Part shown: positions 13,627-27,024 of the stretch, one piece after another
How the letters are laid out: each line of letters begins with the position of its first letter
How positions within the stretch are numbered: position 1 is the first letter of the stretch
From: Chiloscyllium plagiosum
Taxonomy: Eukaryota
Assembly (NCBI RefSeq): GCF_004010195.1
Contig: NC_057749.1
Coordinates: forward strand, 19,089,538-19,153,537
Direction: 5' to 3'
DNA: 64,000 bases
Notes under the pieces: generated by a model
Told to the model about the DNA's origin: nothing
The model's input: the letters and a program-made list of their open reading frames with translations, nothing else
The model's database searches: none
Program-made: the position numbers and the translations under genes

Positions 13627-15325
13627 GTCAGTGATGGTCTCTCCCATTGGCTGACAAGACTCCCCATTCCGCAATAAGATTAGCCCAAATATCCTCCGCT
13701 CTGATGGACCAGTCAATTATTTAGAGCAGGGAGAGAAGCCATTAAGATCCTCGAGCCCATTCTGTCTCTCCATCCTGGCTGCATTTCCCTTAATATTTCA
13801 CTGATCAGAAATTCCATTGTTCTCAGGCTCAGTAGGCCTCAGGCTTTCTGAGAGACAGGGTCACAAATGCCAGTGGGTTAATTGGCAGCAAGTCTCACTT
13901 CTCTAGTTTGGAAGTTGCAGTTTCAAGTTTCATTGCAGAGACCTCATCACTAACATTCCTCACTGACTATTGAGGAGGCATTAAACAGAGGTACACAGCC
14001 TCTACCCTGAGATCAAGTACAAAGATCCCCTGGCTCAATTTCAGAGACGACTTTGGGAGTTTCCTATCATGCTATGGAGACAATTTCTCTCTCAACGAAC
14101 ATCACACGATCGAACATCTGGTCATGATCACGCTGTGTTGGTGCCTGCAGATTGGTTGCTGCATCCCCTAGCTACCAACCAGCCAGAAGGACAAGGGCAG
14201 CAGGTACTTGGGAACACCACCAACTTCAATGTTCCACTCCAATACACTCACCAGCCTGGCTTGGAAATATATCACTGTTACTTCATTGTCGCTTGGTCAA
14301 AATTCTGGAACTAACCTCCCCACCACTCCCCTCTCCCAACTAACAGCATTGTGGGACTCCCTACTGCAAATGGGCTGCAACAGCTCAAGGTGGCAGCTCA
14401 CCACTGCCTTCTCAAGAATAATTTCAGGGCAAACTTATTACAGTCACAAATTCAGAGTCATCCAGCACGGAACAGACCCTTTAGCCCAACCAGTCCATGC
14501 CGACCATAATCCCAAACTAAACTAGTCCTACCTGCCTGCTCCTGGCCCATATCCCTCCAAACCTTCCTGTTCATGTACTTAGCCAAGTGTCTTTTAAACA
14601 TTGTAATTGTTCCCACATCCACCCTCCATGCAAAACATTTGTCCCTCGTCTTTTATGAATCTCTCTCCTCTCACCTTAATGTGCCTCCTAGTCTTGAAAT
14701 CCAATGCTGAAATTACATTGGAGGGGTTGGGACTGGTCTACTTGGAGTGAAGGAAGGCTGGATAGAGTAGATAGGGACAAGCTGTTCTCATTCATAAAAG
14801 GAAATAACAACAAGAGGGAGTTGATTTAAAGTGATGTGAAAAATAAGTAAGGGTGATATGAAAAAAAGAAGTCCACAGAGCAAGTAGTTAGAATGCACCA
14901 CCTTGAAGGAGAAAGTGAGGACTGCAGATGCTGGAGATCAGAGTCCAAGTAGCAGGAGATTCGACATTTCGAGCATAAGCTCTTCATCAGGAATGTCTCC
15001 ACCACCACTACCTCCATATCTCCCACTAGAAACCTGGTGGAGAACACTAATTGAAGTGCTCATTGGATAATCACAGAAACAATGTGCATGGGCGTATGGA
15101 GAAAGCTAGAGATTTACACAAGGTAACAATGCAGGTTTGAGAGCCAGTGCAGACATGATGGGCTGAACAGCCTCCTCTAGCTCGGTAACATTTCCACGAT
15201 TCTGTGAATGAGGGGGTGGGTAAAGAAATGCTGGCCGAGTCAATGATACCCAAATCCCGTGAATAAATACACTTCAAAAATGAAAGCAAGCTTCTTCTTC
15301 CTTTATTGGGCCTTACCTTAAATGG

Positions 15326-15539
15326 AGAAAGTGAGGTCTGCAGATGCTGGAGATCAGAGCTGAAAATGTGTTGCTGGAACAGCGCAGCAGGTCAGGCAGC
15401 ATCCAGGGAACAGGAGAATCGACGTTTCGGGCATAAGCCCTTCTTCAGGAAATTATTAGCCCTGAGTGTTCTTTGAACTCAGCAGTGTTGGATGCTGCCT
15501 GACCTGCTGCGCTGTTCCAGCAACACATTTTCAGCTCTG
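15326..15539. mobile_element. Fold-back PLE insertion (family A)
   Basis: Inverted arms with a hammerhead core on the minus strand at about 15417-15452; 11-bp TSD ACCTTAAATGG at 15315-15325 and 15540-15550. Confidence 0.85.
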
Positions 15540-15894
15540 ACCTTAAATGGCCCTGGCAACAAGAAATCATCAGGCTCTCCAACTCATTCAACTAACACTT
15601 GAAACAAGTTTAAAAAGGAATCAACCCTGCGTACACAGGCAACATTGGATTGAATGGAGTATTTCGTGCACCTCCTGAGTACGGGATGTGAGGATTTGAG
15701 GGCAGCTCAGTCAAACAGGACACTGAGAAATTGGACCGTCTGCTTTAGCCTGTGAGTGTTACTGGGTTGGAGTTGGTGCTGAGGGAGTGTAGCAATGTTC
15801 TCTTGAAGCTGCACAGGAGGACCATGCCTGTTACTCACCTCCAACTTTCAGAAGCTGCTGCCACACACGCACTCAGAGGAAGAGAAATTGTTAT

Positions 15895-16500
15895 ACTTGT
15901 GTTTGGTAAGCTTGCCTTTACTGGTCAGTGCGTGGGGTACAGGAGTTAGGAGGTCATGTTGCGGCTGCACAGGACATTGGTTGGGTCACTTTTGGAATAT
16001 TGTGTGCAAATCTAGTCTCCCTGCTATAGGGAGGATGGTGTGAAACCTGGAGGGGTTCAGAAAAGATTTACAAGGATGTTGCCAGGGTTGGAGGGTTTGA
16101 GCTATAGGGAGAGGCTGAATAGGATATGGTTGTTTTCCCTGGAGTGTCGGAGGCTGAGGGGTGACCTTACGGAGGTTATAAAATCATGAGGGGCATGGAT
16201 AGGGTAAATAGACAAGGACTTTTTCCAGGGTATGGCAGTCAAAACTAGAGTGGTTAGGTTTAAGCTGAGAGAGGAAAGATTTAAAAGGGACTGAAGAGGC
16301 AACATTTTCATGCAGAGGGTGGTGTGTGTATGAAATGAGCTGCCAGAGGAAGTGGTGGATGCTGGTACAATTATATTTAAAATGATGGGTACATGAATAG
16401 GAAGGGCTTAGTGGGATATGGGCCAAATGCTAGCAAATGGGACTAGATTAATGTAGAATATCTGGTCAGCATTGACGAGTTGTACAGCTCTAGGACTCTA
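15895..16500 (+). mobile_element. CR1 LINE 3' end
   Basis: GGGTTCAGAAAAGATTTACAAGGATGTTGCCAGGGTTGGAGGG...GGCTGAGGGGTGACCTTA RT C-terminus and GACTCTA tail. Confidence 0.9.
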
Positions 16501-17267
16501 AATTATAGGGAACTTTAGAGTGGTATTCCTTCATATATTGCGGGCACTACTGGCATTTGTTTATCCCTAATTGTCCTTGCTCGGCCATTTCAGAGTCAAC
16601 CACATTGCAGTGGATCTGGAGTCACATATAGGCCAGACCAGGTAAGGATGACAGATTTCCTTCCCAAAGAGTTTAAGGGGCAGCAGCAGAAATAGGCCAT
16701 TCAGCCCATCGGGACTGCTCTGCCATTCAATTAGATCATGGCTATCAACGCCACTTTGCTGCCTTTTCCCCATAATCCTCGATTCCGTTACCGATTAAAC
16801 ATCTGAATCTCTCAGCCTTGAACATACTCAAAACCCCCCAGCCTCAACAGCCTTCTATGGTATAGAAGCCCTCCTCATCTCGGTTTTATGCCCTCTGGTG
16901 TTAGACTCTTCCCATAACAGGATACAACCTTATTGTACCTACTGTGTCAAGACCCCTAAGAATCTTGTCTGTTTCAATAAAGTATTCTCTTGACTTTTTA
17001 TATTCCAATGAGTACAGGCCTAACCTACTCAACTTCTCCTCATAAAAGAGTCCTTCCTTACATGGTGAACTTTAGATTACTTCCAAAATCAGCATATCTC
17101 TCCTTAGAGAAGGAGAACAAAACATTCCACATTATTCCAGCTGTGGTCTGATTCGTACCTTGTATAGTTTTGTATAATGGATCCCTGATCCCTGCGGTAC
17201 TCCTCAGGTTACAGGTTGCCATTCTGAAGAAATCCCAACACTGTCCTGTGTTAGTTAGCTATTCCTC

Positions 17268-17765
17268 TTGTTATAGACCAGGCCAGAAATCCTCAAAACA
17301 TTTCAAGAAAGTAGCCCAGACCCTAACTTTCCTAGCCGTTTTAAGCAGGTGTTACATGGGTGCAGCTGGTCAAACCCCTTAAACAAAACGGAATGTATTA
17401 ATAAGCTTACCGAATGAAACACACACAGGACAACATAATACCAAATAACTTAACCTATCTGAAAACCCAACAGATTATCCCAACTTAATGATGCTGTCCC
17501 AAACACTCAAACTGACTGACTGCTTTCAGTCAACAGCCATATTGCTAAGACCAAACCAAACCAGAGAAACGCTAAGCTGTGAGGACTGGCCACTCCCCTT
17601 TCATTGTACAAATGTTTTTTTAAACTCGAAAGCCTTTTGCCTGAGGCAGTATCTGTTAGATATAATCAAATATAATCAAACCCATCCAAGTCAGATTTTT
17701 TGGAATTGCTGCTCTTACAACCTCTCAAAGAAAAAAGCCTTGTTTGTTTACTTGTTTGTCACATT
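17268..17765. mobile_element. Possible solo LTR-like repeat
   Basis: Starts TGTTA, is non-coding and unlike the flanking LINE/SINE sequence; no TSD confirmed. Confidence 0.35.
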
Positions 17766-18019
17766 CTCTCCATGCTAATATACAGCACTACCTTCAACAC
17801 CATGGGCTCTTAGAGCAATCAATGACAGTTTCATCATCATTGTCACTGAATTGTTCATGTTCTAGATTTTTAAATTAAATTTAAACCAGCAGGCATGGTG
17901 GGATTTGAACCTGTGTCTGCCCCCCACTCCTCAGCCTGGGTCTCTGGATTACTGGTGACAATACCCTTTCAGTTTTGTTTGCAATGGAAGTTGAAGGTGA
18001 TGGCTCCCTCCTTTCTGCT

Positions 18020-19765
18020 CATTATAGAGCTGTACAGCATGGAAACAGACCCTTCAGTCCATGCTGAACACATATCTAAACCAACCTCGTCCAACATTTG
18101 TCCCATATCCCTCTATGCCCTTCCTATTCATTGATCCATCTAGATGCCACCTCCTTTGGCAGCTCATTCTATACATGCACTATCCTCTTTGTGAAAAAGT
18201 TGCCCTTAGGTCCCTTTTAAATCTTTCCCCTCCACCCTATTCCCTCTAGTTTCAGACCCACCTATGAGAGGTCATGCTTTCAAGGTGAGAGGTGGAAAGT
18301 TTAAGGAGGATACACGTGGCAAGTACTTTACATAGAGGGTGGTGGGTATTTGGAACGCATTGCCAGCAGACATAGGAGAGGCAGGCACGGTAGATTCATT
18401 TAAGATGTGTCTGTTCAGATGCATGAGTTGGTGGGGAGCAGAGGGATACAAATGCTTAGGAATTGACCGACAGGCTTAGACAGTACATTTGGATCGGCTC
18501 AGGCTTGGAGGGCCGAAGGGCCTGTTCCTGGGCTGTAAATTTTCTTTGTTCTTTGTACCCTGGGGAAAATGACCTTGGCTTTTCACCCTATCCATGCTTC
18601 TCATGATTTTATAAAATTCTATAAAGGTCCCCCCTCAGCCTCCGACACTCCAGGGAAAACAGCTCCAGCTTATTCAGCCTCTCCCTATAGCTCAAAACCT
18701 CCAACCCTGGCAACATCCTTATAAATCTTTTCTGAACCCTTTAAAGTTTGATAGCATCTTTCCTATAGCAGGGAGACCAGAACTGAATGCACCATTCTAA
18801 TAGTGTCCTGTACACCTGGAACGTGACCTCCCAATCCCTGTACTCAATACTCTGACCAATAAAGGAAAGCATACTAAATGCCTTCTTCACTATCCTACCA
18901 ACCTGCGACTCCATTTTCAAGGAACTATGAGCCTGCACTCCAGGTCTCTTTGTTCAGCAACACTCCCCAGGACCTCACCATTAAGTGTATAAGTTCTGCT
19001 CTGATTTGCCTTTCCAAAATACAGTACCTCACATTTATCTAAATTAAACTCCATCAGCCACTCCTTGGCCCATTTGCTAATCTGATCAAGGTCCTGTTGT
19101 ACTCTGTGGTAACCTTCCTTGCTGTCCACTGCACCTCCAATGTTAGTGTCATCTCCAACCTTACTAACTATACTTCCTACGCTCACATCCAAATCAATTA
19201 TAGAAATGACAAAAAGCAGTGGACCCAGCACTGATCCTTGTGGTACACTGCTTGTCACAGGCCTCCAGTCTGAAAAGCAATCCTCCATCACCAGCCTCTG
19301 TCAAAGGGTAGATAAATCCCTGGGACCTCTAAGGTGAATAATCTCCAGGACCTGATCAGGTGTATCCTAGAACTCTGTGGGAAGCTAGGGAAATGATTGC
19401 TGGGCCCCTTGCTGAGGTATTTGTATCATCAAGAGCCACAGGTGAGGTGCCGGAAGACTGGAGGTTAGCTAACATGGTGCCACTGTTTAAGAAAGTTGGT
19501 TAGGAAAAGCCAGGGAACAGTAAACCGGTGAGCAAGTTGATGGAGAGAATCCTGAGGGACAGGATTTATATGTATTTGGAAAAACAAGGATTGATTAGGG
19601 AAAGTCAACATGGCTGTGTGTGTGGGAAATCATGTCTCACAAACTTGACTGAGTTTTTTGAAGAAGTAACAAAGTGGATTGCTGAGGGCAGAGCAGTGAA
19701 CATGATCTATATGGACTTCAGTAAGGCATTCGACAAGGTTCCCCATGGGAGACTGGTAGTTAACT
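18020..19765 (-). mobile_element. CR1 LINE with an inverted 5' segment (19300-19765 on +) and a nested + strand CR1 tail (about 18262-18555)
   Basis: Minus strand: FSDWRPVTSSVPQGSVLGPLLF...GDDT...FNLDKCEVLYFGK. Plus strand: SCLTNLTEFFEEVT...YMDFSKAFDKVPHGRL. Confidence 0.85.
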
Positions 19766-20089
19766 GAAGAGAGCTGTGAAGAAGCAAAATAAAGGCTATA
19801 CGGTGCGTTTAAAGTATTAAATCTCCCTGAGGTGGTTCACAGGAACATAAAAACACTTAAGACAATATTAAGGTGATGACTAAATGCTTGGCTGAAAAAA
19901 TAAGGTGTATCTTGAAGAAAAATGAAGTCACGAGGCAGAGAGAGGAAATTCTGGATCTCAAGGTCTAGGCAACTGAAAGCAAAGTCACTCAAGGTGGTGC
20001 AATGACCAGAGATATGCAAGAGGCCAAGGTTAGAGAAGCACAGAGCTTAGAGGGTTGTGGGGCTGGTGGTGTGATAAGTGGAGATGGAG

Positions 20090-20420
20090 TAGCTCAGTGG
20101 CTAGCGCTGCTGCCTCACCATGCCAGGGACTAAAGTTTGAATCCACACTGTGTAGAATTTGCATGTTCTCCCCGTGTCTGTGTGGGTTTCCCCCACATGC
20201 TCTGGTTTCCTCCCAGTCCAAAAATGTGTAGGTTAGGTGGATTGGCCAAGCTAAAATTGCCCATAGTGCCCACAGATGTGTAGGTTAGGTGGAGTAGCCA
20301 TGGGGAATACAGGATGACGGGGACAGGGTAGGGGATGGGTCTGGGTGGGATGAACATAGGAGGGTCGGTGTGGACTCAATGGGCCGAATGGCTAGCTTCC
20401 ACCCTGAAGGGATTCTGTGA
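20090..20420 (+). mobile_element. HE1-type SINE
   Basis: TAGCTCAGTGG A box, CATGTTCTCCCCGTGTCTGTGTGGGTTTCC core and GGGTCGGTGTGGACTCAATGGGCCGAATGG tail. Confidence 0.85.
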
Positions 20421-21429
20421 AATGACTGAGGATGAGGAGTTGTTTGTTGGAAAGACAGCTTGAGGAACTCATTGGAGCAGAAGGAGAGAGCAGGGAGGCT
20501 GTTGGGTTTTGGAAGGAGCAATCAAGTCTGAGGAAATTGCTAAAGAGCAGGGAGGCTCCAGGAGTACTGATGGGTTGGAGCAGCGACTTTGGAGGATAGA
20601 GTTCTTGAGGGATTGACAACAGAAGAGAACGGGCCTTTGGAGATGGGCAGGCAAGTTTGAAATAAACTAAAAAGTCGGAATGGATTGAAAGCTTCAGTTT
20701 GAGGGCAGCAGCCAAATGTACTTGCCTGTACATTGTAAGCCTATTTGTCTGCATACTTAGATTCAAAATGTACAAACAAATAAATTCAAAATATACAAGC
20801 AAATAACTCAAGGGAAAGTTCAAATTATATAGGGCTTCGCTATAAAAGACTCATTATCAATAAAATCTTGAAAGTAAACGGAGAATAGGAAACAGATGGA
20901 AGATAATAAAAAAGGACTGACTTATAATCAGAGGCGCCATTCTGAGACTCCCCCATGGTGTGTTAGCTCTCTGGACATTATGGAGAGGGTGTGGAATAGT
21001 CTGCAACAGAGACGGAGTGGGCCAAAAGCTGTGGACACACTAGTCCAAATGACAGAGAGAAAGCAAGCATCGAGGTCCCATAGTCAGCTTTTCAGGAGCA
21101 AGGGAGGAAGTTAAAAAAGTAGGACTTCAAAAGGCAGTACTCATTCCCAGTGCCACACATTAGCCAGACTAGTAATAAATAGGAGGATTCAGAGATTCAA
21201 TGCATGGCTTCAGCATTGAGCAGGAGAGGAGCTTCAGATTCTTGGGGCGTTGGGATTTTCTGGGGCAAAAGGCACAAACTCTAAAAGGACAGGTTGTACC
21301 CCAACAGGACTGAGGCCTAGGTCCTCATGGGAGGGGTGAGGAGAGTTGAACTAACTGGGAGGGAGATGGGCACCATTATCAAAAAAATTTTAAAAAAGAA
21401 TAAAGTTGCATAAAATTAAAATATTAGGC

Positions 21430-22860
21430 ATTGCCCTCATAACCTCCGGTTCCTTTGTTGATCAAAAATCAATCAAACTCAACTTTGAATAAAATCTAAA
21501 GACTCAACCTCCAGAAGAGTGCTCCATGATCTAACGACCCGTTGAGAAAAAGCACTTTGCTTTGTTATTGTTTTCAAAGGGAGATCTCTTATTCTAAAAA
21601 TATGATCACTGTATCTCGGTATATGTGAATAATAAATCAAATTTTAAGAAATCGAGTCAAAAATATCACCGGATTTTAGTCTCTCCCAAGAGGAAACATC
21701 TATCACGTCTCCTCAAAATCTTACGCTTCATTTTGTCAAACGTCCAATGGATAGAAGTCCAACCTGTTCTTAGGCTTAGACCTTCCTCTCTGGTATGAGT
21801 GAAGTGAACCATTTCTGCTTGCATCTAAAACAGTTAGGGATATAGGAGCAGGCCATTCGGTCCATCAAGCCTTCTCCTCTATCAATCTCTACCTTAAACA
21901 AACTCAAAGACCGACCTTCCACAGCCCTCCGTGGTAGGGAATTCCAAAGATTCACCACCCTCGGATTAATTAAAAAAAAAATTCCCTACCCTGGTCTTAA
22001 ATAGTATCCCCCTTATTTTTAAATTGTGCCCCTTGATTTTAGACTTTCCAACCAGAAACATCTGACCTACATCTACCCTGTTTATCTCAAAGTATTTTGT
22101 AGGTTTCAATAAGATCAACACCTCTCATTCCGTGAAGCTTTGGAGCATACAGGCCCAGTTTACCCAATCTCTCTGCCTAGGACTAACCCACCATCCTGGG
22201 AACAAGTCTGGGAAATCTTCAATAAAAACAAAATACTGTGGATGCTGGAAGTCAGACACAAACGGAAATAGCTAGAGAAACTCTGCAGGTTTGGCAGCAA
22301 TGGTAGGGAGAAAAGCAGACTTAATGTTCTAAATCCAATGACCTTTCATCAAACTCAAAACTTCATTGCACTCTCTCTATGGCAATAATATCTTTCCTCA
22401 GATAAGGAGACCAAAATTCCACACAACACCCCAGGTATAGTCTAACCAAGTTCCTATACAATTGAAGCAAGACTTACTGCTCCTCTACTCAACTCCTTTT
22501 ACAATAAAAGTTAACCTACAATTCACCTTCCCAACAGCGTGCCGTACCTGCACGTTAGCCTTTGGTGATTTATCAACAAGGATACCTAGGCCCCTTTGAA
22601 CATCTACAATTTCCATCCTCTTGCCTTTAAAAAAGTACTCTGCACATCCGTTTCCCCTACCAAAGTGGATAACCTGACATTTTTCCATGCTACAGTACAT
22701 TCCATCTGCCACATTTTTGCCCACTCAGTAAGCCTATCCAAATCCTCCTGGACTGCTTCACATCTTCTTCAGAACACACATTCCTGCTTAGCTTTGTATC
22801 ATTCACAAATTTTGATTTATTACATTTGGTGCCCAGTTCTAAATCATGGGTATACACCGA
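21430..22860 (-). mobile_element. Nested CR1 LINE 3' fragments
   Basis: VNLWNSLPRRAVEGRSLSLFKVEIDR, KCQVIHFGRGN and KFVNDTKL peptides. Confidence 0.8.
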
Positions 22861-25837
22861 ATAGTTAGGAAATATTGTAGTTATAACACAGTTTAGACTC
22901 AAATAAGGGATATTAAGTAATCCTAGATTCTAGGATATACAATGGAGAAGTAGACCTAATCATATTGTTGCAAGATTAATAATCCAGAGACCAAGGTAAT
23001 GTTCTGGGTACCTAGGTCAGATTCCCACTATGGTAGATGGTGGAATCTGAATTCAACGAAACCTGAATGACCATGAAACTATTGAGGATTGTTGGGCAAA
23101 ACCCATCTGGTTTCCCTTTAGGGAAGGGAATACTATCCTTACTTGGTCCGGCCTACATGTGATTCCAGATCCACAACAGTGTAGCAGACTCTAAATGCTC
23201 TTTGAGCAATTAGGAATGGACGATATGTGCTGGCTTAACCACTGACCCCCACAAGTGAATAAATAATATTCAGGAATGATGAAAAGTGCAGGAAACGTTG
23301 GTGGCATTAATTAAGGAGAATGTTGTAGTGCTGGACAGACAGAAGTCAAGGACAGAACCTACTAGAAATAAGGAATAAATAAAAAAAGTATATTTACATT
23401 TCTTACTATATTCTATGGGCCACCAACCAGTGGAAAGATGCAGATGTATACATTTGCAAGGTAATTACAGAGAAATGAAAGGATTATACAGTGATTTATT
23501 CTATGGAGAAACAGTTTGTCAATCAGTGTCAACTTGCCGACCAATCAGCACTCTTTTCTCCTGTGTAGAAATTGTTGTGATCATTTTAAATTTGGCATTT
23601 TTGCATTTGTCCTGATGAGGACAAGATGAGAAGCTTCACAAACATGTCTCTCTTTTCAGCAGGATTTAACTTCTATGCAGTACTACCAAGCAACTGTTAT
23701 TATACAGTAATTATAATAACCAACTTAACTTACCCAAATATAGACTGGGATAGTAGCAGTGTAAAGGGCAGAAAGGGGCAAGGAAAATTTGAGATTCTAA
23801 AAATCTCACATGTTTCAACAAGGTCATGTCTTGTTCTTCTGAAATGCAGTGAGTACAGGCCCAACCTACTCAACCTTTCCTCATAAGACAATCCCTCCAT
23901 AATAATTCTAATATTTTCTCTATTGTTTGAGTAAATTGTTTGAGCCGTGGCTGAGTAGTGATTACTCAGTACCACTTTTCTGTGATTTTCCTGAAGTCCT
24001 CCCTTCCTCTATTGTGACTTATTGTTGCTTTTGAGATGTTACCTATATTCTCTATAATGAAGAGTGATGCAAAATATCTGTTTAATTCATTAGCCATCTC
24101 CTCATTCTGCATTAACCATCCAAACTCACTTTGTGGACAACACTAACTTTGTTAGCTCTTTTCTCTTAAATATTTGTAGAAACTCTGACTATTTGTTTTA
24201 TATTTCTGGATAGCCTTTTCTCGTACTCGAGTTTTTTTCTCTTATTATTCTTAAATTAATCACTTGCTTTTTAAAAAAAAATGTTCTGTCAAATCTTCTA
24301 ACAAGCCACTTGTCCTTGCACAATTAGATTCTTTATCTTTAAATTTCATCCTTCCTGGTTACTCATGGATGGTGAGACAGTTACTTGGAACTTTTCTTAC
24401 TCATTGGAATGTATAACCTCAGTTGTGAAGAAGCATCTAGACAGGACAATTTGGGACAAAATTAATTCTCATTTGAGCAAATGTGAGTTAATTAAAGTCA
24501 GCATGGGTTTTTCAAGGGCAGTTTGACTTTAACTAACTTGCTGGGTTTTCTAATGACGTAACAATGAAGGTTGATGTGATGTACATGGACTTACAAAAGG
24601 CATTTGATGAGATGCCACACAGACTCATGAGCAAAGTTAGAGATCATGGAATGAAAGAGACAGTGTAACATAGATATGAAATTGGCTGAGTCCCAGGAGA
24701 TATAGAGTAGTGGTTATTGATAGTAGTAATCCCTGGAGTTGACATCAGAACTATTGCTTTTCCTTATTTATATAAATGACCAAAGCCTTGGTGTTTAAGG
24801 CATTATTTTGAAGTTTGCAGCTGATATAAACTTGGAGGCATTGCAAACTGTGGCCAGACTGGCCACTCAAAATGCTGAATTTATAATGGATTTACAAAGA
24901 CTGGACCATAACTGAGGATTGCTGGGAAACTGAGGCAAACCTTGACCAAAGTGCTAATAAACATGCTGCAGAATCCAGACGGGCTGCAGCTACAAACAGA
25001 CAGTATGTAATCAACCTTGTAGCTGCAGACCACACTATACACACCCGAATTTGGGTTTGAATAGAGTCAACCGGACGGCTCTCCTCAGGCCAATTGGAAA
25101 CATTGGGGTGTGTACCAGACACCTTTATTTGGAGGGGGCTATGTGCACCCAGTACCTCCAGGAATGGATGCCCAAGGACCACCCTGCTATCGACATGTCA
25201 ATGCCTGGTTCGTCTGATTGATCTAATGGAGGACATTGAAGACCCTCCCAAAAGGGTGCAAACAGCTACAGAGAATAAGAATCTCTGCAACACCACCCTC
25301 AGGTGGTAGCTCAAGACCATCTACCAAGAGAAGAGAAGACCACTGGGAGAAGATGACTAGATGATCATCGCCACGTGGCTCAAGACCAAGCTCTGGTGTG
25401 GTGGTATATGATCATCCAGAGTTAAATTAAAGCGCAAGATAGTTGATTAGTTCTGTTCGCCGAGCTGGGAATTTGTGTTGCAGACGTTTCGTCCCCTGTC
25501 TAGGTGCCATCCTCAGTGCTTGGGAGCCTCCTGCGAAGCGCTTCTGTGATGTTTCCTCCGGCATTTGTAGTGATTCGTACCTGCCGTTTCCGGTTGTCAG
25601 CTCCAGCTGTCCGCTGCAGTGGCCGGTATATTGGGTCCAGGTCGATGTGCTTATTGATTGAATCTGTGGATGAGTGCCATGCCTCTAGGAATTCCCTGGC
25701 TGTTCTCTGTTTGGCTTGTCCTATAATAGTAGTGTTGTCCCAGTCGAACTCATGTTGCTTATCATCTGAATGTGTGGCTAATAAGGATAGCTGGTCGTGT
25801 CATTTTCGTGGCTAGTTGGTGTTCATGGATACAGATC

Positions 25838-26731
25838 NNNNNNNNNNNNNNNNNNNNNNNNNNNNNNNNNNNNNNNNNNNNNNNNNNNNNNNNNNNNNNN
25901 NNNNNNNNNNNNNNNNNNNNNNNNNNNNNNNNNNNNNNNNNNNNNNNNNNNNNNNNNNNNNNNNNNNNNNNNNNNNNNNNNNNNNNNNNNNNNNNNNNNN
26001 NNNNNNNNNNNNNNNNNNNNNNNNNNNNNNNNNNNNNNNNNNNNNNNNNNNNNNNNNNNNNNNNNNNNNNNNNNNNNNNNNNNNNNNNNNNNNNNNNNNN
26101 NNNNNNNNNNNNNNNNNNNNNNNNNNNNNNNNNNNNNNNNNNNNNNNNNNNNNNNNNNNNNNNNNNNNNNNNNNNNNNNNNNNNNNNNNNNNNNNNNNNN
26201 NNNNNNNNNNNNNNNNNNNNNNNNNNNNNNNNNNNNNNNNNNNNNNNNNNNNNNNNNNNNNNNNNNNNNNNNNNNNNNNNNNNNNNNNNNNNNNNNNNNN
26301 NNNNNNNNNNNNNNNNNNNNNNNNNNNNNNNNNNNNNNNNNNNNNNNNNNNNNNNNNNNNNNNNNNNNNNNNNNNNNNNNNNNNNNNNNNNNNNNNNNNN
26401 NNNNNNNNNNNNNNNNNNNNNNNNNNNNNNNNNNNNNNNNNNNNNNNNNNNNNNNNNNNNNNNNNNNNNNNNNNNNNNNNNNNNNNNNNNNNNNNNNNNN
26501 NNNNNNNNNNNNNNNNNNNNNNNNNNNNNNNNNNNNNNNNNNNNNNNNNNNNNNNNNNNNNNNNNNNNNNNNNNNNNNNNNNNNNNNNNNNNNNNNNNNN
26601 NNNNNNNNNNNNNNNNNNNNNNNNNNNNNNNNNNNNNNNNNNNNNNNNNNNNNNNNNNNNNNNNNNNNNNNNNNNNNNNNNNNNNNNNNNNNNNNNNNNN
26701 NNNNNNNNNNNNNNNNNNNNNNNNNNNNNNN
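25838..26731. other. Assembly gap (N run)
   Basis: Run of N; a second short gap lies at 4780-4833. Confidence 1.
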
Positions 26732-26740
26732 GGCTCCCAA

Positions 26741-26780
26741 GCACTGAGGACGTCACCTAGACAGGGGACGAAACGTCTGC
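26741..26780 (+). ncRNA. Minimal hammerhead ribozyme motif (family D); second copy at 25480-25519 on the minus strand
   Basis: GCA-CUGAGGA-C-GUCACC UAGACA GGGGAC-GAAA-CGUC-UGC: stem I GCA/UGC, stem II, both cores and a GUC triplet (predicted cut 3' of C26777). Confidence 0.75.
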
Positions 26781-27024
26781 AACACAAATTCCCAGCTCGG
26801 CGAACAGAACCACAACAATGACACCCGAGCTACAAATCTTCTCACAAACTTTGAATAGTTGATTAGATTTATAGTGTAAATTGTTAGTTAATAGTGTATT
26901 TTGTTATTATAGCATTAATTGTTTTAAATAAATAAATATTATCATTGATTATTATTAAGAATTGAGTCACACAGTTTCTTTGTTGTATATAAAAGAGTTA
27001 AACACATTGCTGGCAGGCACAATA

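Larger units (their letters stand above)
25451..26854. mobile_element. Penelope element (family D) with inverted terminal repeats, spanning an assembly gap
   Basis: Minus strand 25580-25837 encodes IHEHQLATK...HEFDWDNTTIIGQAKQRTAREFLEAWHSSTDSINKHIDLDPIY (GIY-YIG C-terminal part, one frameshift); 25451-25528 is the reverse complement of 26732-26809; extra tail to 26854; 12-bp TSD ATAGTTGATTAG at 25439-25450 and 26855-26866. Confidence 0.9.

Noticed and set aside
17895..17965. tRNA-like or mascRNA-like sequence (GGGATTTGAACC)
   Set aside because: It is the head of a multi-copy tRNA-derived SINE; no cloverleaf and no adjacent triple-helix motif.
25762..26821. Six ORFs of 305-349 aa
   Set aside because: They are translations of the N gap.
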